Assembly (NCBI GenBank): GCA_036566245.1
Contig: DATCWR010000086.1
Coordinates: 3,139-67,138 of the forward strand
Source: Mycobacteriales bacterium
GTDB lineage: Bacteria; Actinomycetota; Actinomycetes; Mycobacteriales; DASULA01
Length of the DNA: 64,000 bases
Direction of reading: 5' to 3'
A program made the translations under genes and the position numbers. Positions 37,215 to 44,884 of this stretch are shown here, one piece after another (position 1 is the stretch's first letter; each line of letters opens with the position of its first letter). The notes under the pieces are model-generated. The model was not told the origin of the DNA and ran no database searches. It saw only the letters and a list, made by a program, of their open reading frames with translations.

Positions 37215-37343
37215 GCTCACTCCGACATCGTGCCCGAAAGGGACGAGCACCTCGCCGAAGGGGGTGAGTGGGCGGGCTGCCGACGCCGCAGATCCACGCA
37301 TGGGCCCGTCCTGCCCGACCGCCCGAGGCCGGCGACCGGGGGA

Positions 37344-38408
37344 TCAGCGGGTCGACAGACTGTGCACCAGTTCCACCACCCGGGTGAGTACGTCCGGGTT
37401 GGTGTCGGGCAGCACACCGTGGCCGAGGTTGAAGATGTGGCCTGGGGCCGCCCTGCCCTCGTCAAGGACCCGGCGGACCTCCCGTTCGATGACCGGCCAG
37501 TCGGCCAGCAGGATGGCGGGATCGAGGTTGCCCTGCAGTGCCCGGTCCTGGCCGACCCTGCGGGCGGCCTCGTCCAGGGGCACCCGCCAGTCCACTCCGA
37601 CCACGTCGGCTCCGGCGCCCGCCATCAGTCCGAGCAGTTCCCCGGTTCCGACGCCGAAGTGAATCCGCGGTACGCCCGTGTCAGCCAGCCCGGCCAGCAC
37701 CCGGGTGCTGTGCGGGAGTACGAACCGCTCGTAGTCGGCGGCGGACAGGGCACCGGCCCAGGAGTCGAACAGTTGGACGGCTGCGGCACCACCGTCGACC
37801 TGCACCCGAAGAAACGCCAGGGTCACCTCGGCGAGTCGGTCCAGAAGCGCGTGCCACAGGCGTTCCTCACCGTGCATGAACGCCTTGGTGCGGGCGTGGT
37901 CCCGGGACGGACCGCCCTCGACGAGGTAACTGGCCAGAGTGAAGGGTGCGCCAGCGAAGCCGACCAGCGGGATCGGTCCCAGTTCGGTGACAAGCGCGCG
38001 AACCGCCTCGGCGACGTAGGGAACGTCATCGGGCACCAACGGGCGGATCGCCTGGATGTCGGTGGCCGAACGCACCGGTTGGGCCACCACCGGTCCGGTG
38101 CCCGGCACGATGTCCAGATCCACTCCGATCGCCCGCAGCGGCACCATGATGTCGGAGAACAGCACGGCGGCGTCGACCCGGTGCCGCCGCACCGGTTGCA
38201 GGGTTATCTCGACCACCATCTCTGGTCGCGCACACGCCTGGAGCATGGGTGTGCCCGACCGGAGTTTTCGGTACTCGGGCAGTGATCGGCCCGCCTGCCG
38301 CATGAACCACACGGGCGTGTGCGGCGTAGGCTGCCGCCTCGCCGCCCGCAGTAGGGGCGCACCGGGCTGGTTGGGGTGAACGTCGCGGGCAACGTCGGAT
38401 CGGCTCAT
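37344..38408 (-). CDS. hemE: Uroporphyrinogen decarboxylase
   Basis: [16 protein letters not shown] signature. 354 aa from the ATG at 38408. Confidence 0.9.
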   Translation of the reverse strand: MSRSDVARDVHPNQPGAPLLRAARRQPTPHTPVWFMRQAGRSLPEYRKLRSGTPMLQACARPEMVVEITLQPVRRHRVDAAVLFSDIMVPLRAIGVDLDIVPGTGPVVAQPVRSATDIQAIRPLVPDDVPYVAEAVRALVTELGPIPLVGFAGAPFTLASYLVEGGPSRDHARTKAFMHGEERLWHALLDRLAEVTLAFLRVQVDGGAAAVQLFDSWAGALSAADYERFVLPHSTRVLAGLADTGVPRIHFGVGTGELLGLMAGAGADVVGVDWRVPLDEAARRVGQDRALQGNLDPAILLADWPVIEREVRRVLDEGRAAPGHIFNLGHGVLPDTNPDVLTRVVELVHSLSTR

Positions 38409-38562
38409 GGTGGGGCCCATCCTCGCATGCCCGACACGCCGCTCCACGTCCGCCGGCACGGCCGCGCGACATGTCACTGTCGGGTCGGAGTCGCCCCGGT
38501 GACCGGGGAACGGCGAAGCGAGCGGGACCAGACCGCGGCCACGCCGCGGACCGGCCCACAGT

Positions 38563-38608
38563 CATGGCACCGGACGTGACACAAGAACGTGGCACGGGGA
38601 CGTGGCAC
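38563..38608 (+). repeat. Direct 9-mer repeats with a 13-nt period in the hemE / zinc-ribbon intergenic region
   Basis: CATGGCAC cgg ACGTGACAC aaga ACGTGGCAC gggg ACGTGGCAC. Two copies are identical, one has a single mismatch and one is partial. Confidence 0.6.
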
Positions 38609-38655
38609 CCCGGGGTCGACCAACCAGGCCGCGGTTCGAGGCACCGAGGAGGACC

Positions 38656-38814
38656 ATGCGCACCGAGTCACGGCACTGCGGTTACTGCGGCGACGAGCGA
38701 CCGTTCGAGACACCGCCGTGCGCCGACGGGCACGGTGTGGACTGTCCCGAACGGGTGTGCACCCACTGTGGGACGGCGTTACTGGTGGATCCGCCCGAAC
38801 CGCCGACACGGTGA
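38656..38814 (+). CDS. Small zinc-ribbon protein (52 aa)
   Basis: MRTESRHCGYCGDERPFETPPCADGHGVDCPERVCTHCGTALLVDPPEPPTR. It has CxxC...CxxC pairs and a GAGGAGGA SD upstream of the ATG at 38656. Confidence 0.6.
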   Translation: MRTESRHCGYCGDERPFETPPCADGHGVDCPERVCTHCGTALLVDPPEPPTR

Positions 38815-39005
38815 CCGTGACACACGGCACTCATGCGGCCTCGAGTCCGGTGTCACCGGGTCGCACTCCCCGGAGTTGGCGGGCAGCATGCCGTTGCTCC
38901 CGGACGGGTGGTGCGGACACGATCCGCCCGTTACCAGCCGGGACGGGAACCAACCCGTCGTGTTCCTGTTCCGACCCGTTACATCGATCGGGGTCGCTCA
39001 TTCCG

Positions 39006-39656
39006 GTGAACGAGCCCCGGCGCGCCGCACCTGCTCAGCACCCACACGGGCCTACCCTCCGAGTTGTGGCGGAAGTCCGGTCGTCGGGTGGTGAGCCGGC
39101 GGAATTCACGCGTGCGGTCGAGGCTCTGACCGCGGGTGTCCTGCGCCCTGACGTCGCGGTGGAGCGGATCCGCCCCCCGAGACGACTGGCGCCGTGGTCG
39201 TTCGCGCTGGGCGCCCGGGTGACACACGGCGGAGCAGAGGTGGCCACCGGGCGGCTGGTCCTGTTGCATGATCCGGACGGCTACGAGGCATGGCATGGCA
39301 CGTTCCGGTTGGTCGCCTTCGCCACCGCCGAACTCGACGGTGACATGGCCCGGGATCCACTGTTGCCCGAGGTGGCGTGGAGTTGGCTGTTGGACGCTCT
39401 GGCCGAACACGACGCCGGCTACACCGCGGCGGGCGGCACGGTCACCCTGGTCTCCTCCACCCGGTTCGGCGACCTGGCCGAGCGGGCACCCGGTACCGAT
39501 GTCGAACTGCGGGGTTCATGGACTCCGCGGGGTGATCTGGACGCCCACCTGCGAGCCTGGGGGGACCTGCTGTGCAGTGCCGCCGGTCTGCCGCCCCCAG
39601 GGGTGGCGCTGCTGCCCCAGTCGCCGGGACAGGCTGGTCCTCACAGCCAGGTCTGA
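39006..39656 (+). CDS. DUF3000 domain protein
   Basis: ...PAEFTRAVEALTAGVLRPDVAVERIRPPRRLAPWSFALGA...GRLVLLHDPDGYEAWHGTFRLV...GDLDAHLRAWGDLLC. The start is uncertain; the GTG at 39006 is the first plausible one. Confidence 0.65.
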   Translation: MNEPRRAAPAQHPHGPTLRVVAEVRSSGGEPAEFTRAVEALTAGVLRPDVAVERIRPPRRLAPWSFALGARVTHGGAEVATGRLVLLHDPDGYEAWHGTFRLVAFATAELDGDMARDPLLPEVAWSWLLDALAEHDAGYTAAGGTVTLVSSTRFGDLAERAPGTDVELRGSWTPRGDLDAHLRAWGDLLCSAAGLPPPGVALLPQSPGQAGPHSQV

Positions 39657-39693
39657 AGCCGGGACGCCATTCCAGAGGCATCCACACGCCCGG

Positions 39694-40797
39694 TTACGCC
39701 TGCACCACCGGGCGACCAACCGGTCGGCCGAGAATCTGGTTGCCGCCGGGCGTGAGCGGGAGGCGCAGGGTGAGCGCGGTGCCGGCACCCGGTCTGGTAT
39801 CGATGTCCAGGCTGCCGCCGGCCAACCGGGCCCGTTCCTGGAGCAACCCCAGGCCGACGTGCCGACCACCAGCCGAGTGCACCTCCTCGGCCAGAAAACC
39901 GGGACCGGCGTCGCGTACCGTGGCAACGATCTCGTGTCCCTGCACGGCCAGCGAGGCCTCGGCCTGGTCCACGTCGGCGTGCTTGATCACGTTGAGCAAC
40001 GCCTCCTGGAAGAACCGGTACACCGTGACCGCGGCGACCAGCGGCAACGGATACGGCTCGTCCGGCCAACTGAACCGCACCTCGAACAGATAGCGACGGG
40101 CCAGGTCCCGGCGGAGCATGCTCACCGCCGAGGCCAGGTCGCCGTCCCGCAACTCCGGTGGTCGGGCCCGGGCCATGACCGCGCGGACCTGCTCCTCGGC
40201 GTCCTCGACGTACTCGCGGGCCAGTTCGAGTTGTTGTTCGCTGACCGACTGGTCCGACAGCAGCGCGCGGGCGGCCATCAGTGACTGTGCCACGGTGTCG
40301 TGCAGTTCGGCCGACAACTGCCCCCGGGTGCCCTCCTCGGCCGCGACCAGGCCGGAGAGCAGCTCGAACATGCCGGCGCTGGCGTTTTCCGCGGTTCGGC
40401 GGGACTGTTCGGCCACCTCGTCGGCCACCCTGGCCCGCAGGTGCAGGGCGTCGAGCACACGGGCCAGGTCGAACAGTTCCTGGCTGGCGCTGACCGCCTC
40501 CCAGCGGGTGCTGGCATCCTCGGTACGCAACCGAGAGTCGCGCAGCCGGCGCACCGCGTCACCGTGCAGTTCACGAAGGCCCGCGGTGACCCGTACCGCC
40601 CAGGACGTGGCCAGCGCCATCGCCAGCGCACCGACCACCAGGCCGGCCACCAGCGCGGAGACCTCGGTGCGGATCAGGCCGTCGTTGGAGAGCACCACGG
40701 CGACCACGCCCAGCACGGCGATCACGGCGGCCGACATGCCACCGGCCACCCAGACCACCAACGGCAGGGACAGCCGTCGACGTACCGCCGAACTCAC
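39694..40797 (-). CDS. Sensor histidine kinase, HisKA_3/NarL-partner type, intramembrane-sensing architecture
   Basis: Two N-terminal TM helices are separated by about 10 residues (LSNDGLIRTE). H-box LSAELHDTVAQSL; C-terminal HATPase (GRHVGLGLLQERARLAGGSLDI). The GTG start forms a GTGA overlap with the upstream gene's stop. Confidence 0.85.
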   Translation of the reverse strand: MSSAVRRRLSLPLVVWVAGGMSAAVIAVLGVVAVVLSNDGLIRTEVSALVAGLVVGALAMALATSWAVRVTAGLRELHGDAVRRLRDSRLRTEDASTRWEAVSASQELFDLARVLDALHLRARVADEVAEQSRRTAENASAGMFELLSGLVAAEEGTRGQLSAELHDTVAQSLMAARALLSDQSVSEQQLELAREYVEDAEEQVRAVMARARPPELRDGDLASAVSMLRRDLARRYLFEVRFSWPDEPYPLPLVAAVTVYRFFQEALLNVIKHADVDQAEASLAVQGHEIVATVRDAGPGFLAEEVHSAGGRHVGLGLLQERARLAGGSLDIDTRPGAGTALTLRLPLTPGGNQILGRPVGRPVVQA

Positions 40798-42224
40798 CTA
40801 CTCTCGGTCACCTCGAGTCGACCGGTGGTGGTCCACTCTGTCTCCACCCGGCCGGCGTGCTGCATCCCGGGAACCGGACCGCCGGTCTGCGGGACCGGGT
40901 CACTGGCCAGTGCGATCGCGCCGAGCAGCGAGGCCACGGCGCGTTCCACCGAGTGCAACTCACCCACGATCTCACTGACCGGATCGGGTCCGTCGAAGGC
41001 ATAGGCCAACCGGGACAACCGGTTGGCCGACTCACGCAGGACGGTCAACGCCGGTGCCGTGCCGGCACCGATGTCACCGAGCACCCGGCTGGCCGCACCG
41101 TAGACCTCGACCTGCCCCACCGCCACGTCGTGTCGCGCGGTCAGGTCGGCCACCGACAGCCATGCCTCGGCCTGTCGGACCAGTACCTCGGTCAGTCGCT
41201 GGTCGGCCCGGGTGAACGGCCCGGCCCGGCCCGGCCGACGGGCGATCAGTATGGCGAGCGGACGTTCCCGGTCACCCAACAGTGCCGAGCAGAACGGTCG
41301 TTCCGCCTCGATGCCGGTCAACACCCCCCGGGCGGCCATGGCACGCAGCATCGGTGGCGTACCGAACGCGTCAGTTTCCACCCGCACTCTCGACTGGATG
41401 CCGTGTTCGTCGCCCACGTAGCGGATCGGACCGTCCGGGTGGCGCAGCAGCATCTCCACCTCGGCGCCGCCGAACGATCGCGCCGCCGCGGTGACCACGA
41501 CCTGGGCGGAGGCGTCCACCGACTTGCCGGCGACCTCCTCCTGACCCCGGGCCAGTTCCTCGAACAGCCGAGCCTCGGTGGCCTGCCTGGCCTGCTGGTC
41601 GTAGGACCACCACAGCAGTCCCAACGGGACGACCAGACCCAGTAGACCAAGCGCCGCGTGGCTGATCAGCCACGCCGCCAGCAGACCGAGTGACGCCGTA
41701 CCGATGTTCTGTATGACACCGAAACCGACGGTGTCTGCGAGCAGTCGGCTGTAGCGCTGTCCGGACGAGGTCGACACCGCCACCGCGGTGATGATGTGGT
41801 TGGCGACGGTGTACACGACCAACGCGACAGCCACCGCGAAGACGCCTGAACCCAGCGTCAACGCCGTCAGGACGGCCAACGCGCCGGCGCAGGCAAGGTT
41901 GGCCAGGTTGTACCCGAGCTTGATCCACGGTGACCGCCGACGGGCGTTCGAGGCGAGCAGCCCGATGGTCAGACCGGCGACGATCCATGCCCCGGGCCGG
42001 AAGAACAGGGCGACCGCCAGGAACGCGTCAGTGAGTGTGTAGAAGAGGGTCTGACGCCCGACCACCACCCGAACGGGGGCGAACTCGGACAGCCCTACCG
42101 CTGCGACCAGCAGCGGTAGGGCGTACCACGACGGATACCGCCAACCAACGGAGATGCATGTACCTACGCTTACCGCAAGGCATGCGGCACCGACGATGCC
42201 GATGGACCTGGGCGGCATTGTCAC
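40794..42224 (-). CDS. Polytopic membrane protein with a cytoplasmic GAF-like domain (function unknown)
   Basis: About 8 hydrophobic spans in aa 1-215, then a GAF-like segment (...LAILIARRPGRAGPFTRADQRLTEVLVRQAEAWL) and a helical C-terminus containing IVGELHSVERAV. It has no ATPase domain. Confidence 0.7.
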   Translation of the reverse strand: MTMPPRSIGIVGAACLAVSVGTCISVGWRYPSWYALPLLVAAVGLSEFAPVRVVVGRQTLFYTLTDAFLAVALFFRPGAWIVAGLTIGLLASNARRRSPWIKLGYNLANLACAGALAVLTALTLGSGVFAVAVALVVYTVANHIITAVAVSTSSGQRYSRLLADTVGFGVIQNIGTASLGLLAAWLISHAALGLLGLVVPLGLLWWSYDQQARQATEARLFEELARGQEEVAGKSVDASAQVVVTAAARSFGGAEVEMLLRHPDGPIRYVGDEHGIQSRVRVETDAFGTPPMLRAMAARGVLTGIEAERPFCSALLGDRERPLAILIARRPGRAGPFTRADQRLTEVLVRQAEAWLSVADLTARHDVAVGQVEVYGAASRVLGDIGAGTAPALTVLRESANRLSRLAYAFDGPDPVSEIVGELHSVERAVASLLGAIALASDPVPQTGGPVPGMQHAGRVETEWTTTGRLEVTESR

Positions 42225-42361
42225 CGCAGGGTCAGCCCTCCGATCGGCGCGGAACCCCAGGTGACCGTGTCAGCCTGAACGGCCCCCGTGCTCACGACGG
42301 CCCCCGCGGCAATCAACAGAAAGGCCACGAAAGCAACAGCCCTTCGACTCACTCGCCTCAT
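42221..42361 (-). CDS. Small secreted pre-peptide (46 aa; predicted 16-aa mature tail), absent from the ORF track
   Basis: MRRVSRRAVAFVAFLLIAAGAVVSTGAVQA|DTVTWGSAPIGGLTLR. The n/h/c regions resemble a signal peptide with an AxA-type site. GAGGGG lies 7 nt upstream of the ATG. The stop TGA overlaps the GTG of the next gene (GTGA). Weakness: GC3 is about 74%, below that of neighbouring genes. Confidence 0.5.
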   Translation of the reverse strand: MRRVSRRAVAFVAFLLIAAGAVVSTGAVQADTVTWGSAPIGGLTLR

Positions 42362-42599
42362 TACGGTGCCCCTCACGATCGTCTCTGCCAGAACCAGTCC
42401 CCGGGCGGGACCGTGGAACGCTGCTGTTACCGCAGATGCGTTCGCCCAGCCATGCTGTGTACTCGTAAAATACCCCGAACGGAGTAGCTTCGGCTAGATC
42501 CTGCCTGCGGTTGTCACACGTCAGTCATGATCGGTGGCGGAGTCTGGCGTGACGCGTACGACGCCGCCCATATGGCGGTAGGGACGGGGAGGCACAGAC

Positions 42600-43316
42600 G
42601 TGACAGAAGACGACACGAAGGGACAGGGCTCGAACGTGACCGCCCCTCAGGTCGCACCCCAGGGTGCGTCATCGGCTCACAACAACGGCTTCACCGCGAT
42701 GGTCGTGGACGACCACCCCCTGTTGCGTGAGTCCATGGTCGCCAGGCTGCGGGCGATGGGAGCAGCCGAGGTCGTCGAGGCCGCCAGCATCGCCGAGGCC
42801 CGCGCCCGGGCGAACGCCATCGGCCCCTGCGACCTGTGCATCCTCGACCTGGGTCTGCCCGACGGCAACGGCCTGGATCTGCTGGGCGAACTTCGTGCCG
42901 AGGGTTGGACCAGGCTGGTCGTGCTGTCGGCGGCCGACGACCCGTACTCGGTGCGTGCCGCCTTCGTGGCCGGCGCACAGGGATATCTGCTCAAGTCAGC
43001 CTCACCGGCTGTGGTGTCCGACGGGGTGCGCAGGGTGCTCGACGGGGGCGTCTACGCCGACCCGTCGGTGGCCTCGCTGCTCGCCGCCGGTCTGCGCGGC
43101 GGGCCGGCCGACAGTGGGGTCTCGGACCTGTCCGCCCGGGAGATAGAGGTGCTGCGACTGGTTGCCGACGGCAAGTCGAACAAGGAGATCGGCGAGGCGT
43201 TGAACCTGTCGGCCCTCACCGTGAAAAGCCACCTGGCCCGGATCGCCCGCAAGCTCGGCACCGGCGACCGAGCTGAGATGGTGGCGCTGGTCATGCGTGC
43301 CGGCGTGATCCGTTGA
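42600..43316 (+). CDS. NarL/LuxR family response regulator
   Basis: The receiver has VVDDHP, ILDLGLPDG, VVLSA and YLLKS. The C-terminal LuxR HTH reads LSAREIEVLRLVADGKSNKEIGEALNLSALTVKSHL. GTG start with a GGGGAGG SD and an N-terminal extension of about 32 aa. Confidence 0.9.
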   Translation: MTEDDTKGQGSNVTAPQVAPQGASSAHNNGFTAMVVDDHPLLRESMVARLRAMGAAEVVEAASIAEARARANAIGPCDLCILDLGLPDGNGLDLLGELRAEGWTRLVVLSAADDPYSVRAAFVAGAQGYLLKSASPAVVSDGVRRVLDGGVYADPSVASLLAAGLRGGPADSGVSDLSAREIEVLRLVADGKSNKEIGEALNLSALTVKSHLARIARKLGTGDRAEMVALVMRAGVIR

Positions 43317-43403
43317 CGATGGTTGTGGCTCGATTGGTGATCTTCCAACAATGACCTCTGCTCAGTCCGCCCCCGGTCGGGTCCTCCTCGTCGTGACGCG
43401 GTC

Positions 43404-44657
43404 GTGTCGGTGAGCGCCGGGCCGGCGTCGGACGGCGACGTCACCGACGGCCCGGTTCTGCTGCTCGAACCGCGTGAGGGCATTCCTGACCCGGTGGCCG
43501 ACACGGCCGGACTGACCGCGGCCATCCGGCGTTTCGCGGCCGGTTCCGGGCCGGTGGCCATCGACGCCGAACGGGCCTCCGGCTACCGCTACACCCAACG
43601 GGCCTACCTGGTACAACTTCGCCGCGAGGGCGCGGGCACCATCCTGGTCGACCCGATCGCACTGCCCGACCTGTCGGAACTGTCCGATGCCATCGCGGAC
43701 GCCGAGTGGGTGCTGCACGCTGCCAGCCAGGATCTGGCCTGCCTGGCCGAGGTGGGTTTGCGGCCGCGCCGGTTGTTCGACACCGAACTGGCCGGGCGGC
43801 TGCTCGGCTACCCGAGGGTCGGTCTGGGCAGCATCGTCGAGGAGCTGCTGGGACTGCGGCTGGAGAAGGGCTACTCGGCGGCGGACTGGAGCACCAGACC
43901 ACTGCCCCGGTCCTGGCTGGCCTATGCCGCCCTGGATGTCGAGGTGCTGGTCGACCTGCGTGACGTACTGGCCGACCAACTCGTCGAGCAGGGCAAACGG
44001 GACTGGGCACGCGAGGAGTTCGAGGCCACCATGGCCGCTCCCCCGCCACCTCCCCGAACCGACCCGTGGCGGCGAACCTCGGGCATGCACAAGGTTCGCA
44101 CCCGTCGCCAACTCGCCGAGGTACGCGCACTGTGGGGGGTACGCGACGAGATCGCCCGGGATCGCGACCTCGCGCCCGGTCGGGTGCTGCCCGACAGTGC
44201 GATCGTGGCCGCGGTGTTGGCCCACCCGCGTAGCCCGGCTGAACTGTTGGCCCTGCCGGTGTTCGGCGGCCGGCACACCCGTCGGTTGGTGAACCGCTGG
44301 TGGCAGGCACTGGTCGCGGCCCGGGCGCTCACCGATGCGGAACTGCCCCGGCAGGGGGTACCCAGCGACGCCCCACCGCCGACGAACCGATGGGCCGACC
44401 GGGACCCTGACGCGGCGGCCCGACTGGCCTCGGCGCGTATCGCCCTGGCCACCATCGCCGAGCAGAACCGCCTGCCGGTGGAGAACCTGCTGCCGCCGGA
44501 CGTGGTGCGCCGACTGGCCTGGACCCCGCCGGACATCCTCAGGGTGGACACGGTGTCGGCACAGATGCTGTCCCGAGGTGCCCGCAACTGGCAGGTCGGT
44601 CTGACCGCACAGGCTCTGACCAACGCGCTGAACGTCACCGCATCCGAGTCGGACTGA
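43404..44657 (+). CDS. rnd: Ribonuclease D (DEDD 3'-5' exonuclease + HRDC)
   Basis: AIDAERASGYRYTQRAYLVQL...HAASQDLACL...YAALDVEVL exonuclease motifs. 417 aa. Confidence 0.85.
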   Translation: MSVSAGPASDGDVTDGPVLLLEPREGIPDPVADTAGLTAAIRRFAAGSGPVAIDAERASGYRYTQRAYLVQLRREGAGTILVDPIALPDLSELSDAIADAEWVLHAASQDLACLAEVGLRPRRLFDTELAGRLLGYPRVGLGSIVEELLGLRLEKGYSAADWSTRPLPRSWLAYAALDVEVLVDLRDVLADQLVEQGKRDWAREEFEATMAAPPPPPRTDPWRRTSGMHKVRTRRQLAEVRALWGVRDEIARDRDLAPGRVLPDSAIVAAVLAHPRSPAELLALPVFGGRHTRRLVNRWWQALVAARALTDAELPRQGVPSDAPPPTNRWADRDPDAAARLASARIALATIAEQNRLPVENLLPPDVVRRLAWTPPDILRVDTVSAQMLSRGARNWQVGLTAQALTNALNVTASESD

Positions 44658-44830
44658 CACACCCGGCGCCTCGGCTGCGGCATCCCACCCGATGCCTGGC
44701 ACCCGCGCACCGCCCGACCCCCACGACCTCGCTCGTCCCTGGTCGGGCACCGCCTCCCGAGCGGTCTCGGCGGACGATTTCCCGAGCGGATCGCCGGTCT
44801 CCCCGAGCCGGTGCGGGCACGGTGCCCCGG

Positions 44831-44861
44831 TACTGGCTAGAGTCGAAGCTACTCGCCAGTA
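44831..44861. promoter_or_regulatory. Inverted repeat (candidate operator) upstream of fadA
   Basis: TACTGGCTAG-N11-CTCGCCAGTA, with 9 of 10 arm positions complementary. It overlaps a TAGAGT -10-like hexamer and lies 24 nt upstream of the fadA GTG. Confidence 0.4.
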
Positions 44862-44884
44862 GCACACAGTCGTGAGGAGCAAAC

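Noticed and set aside
35778-38285. 835-aa plus-strand ORF
   Set aside because: It is antisense to hemY and hemE, both of which have clear signatures. The translation is an Arg/Gly/His/Pro-rich artefact.
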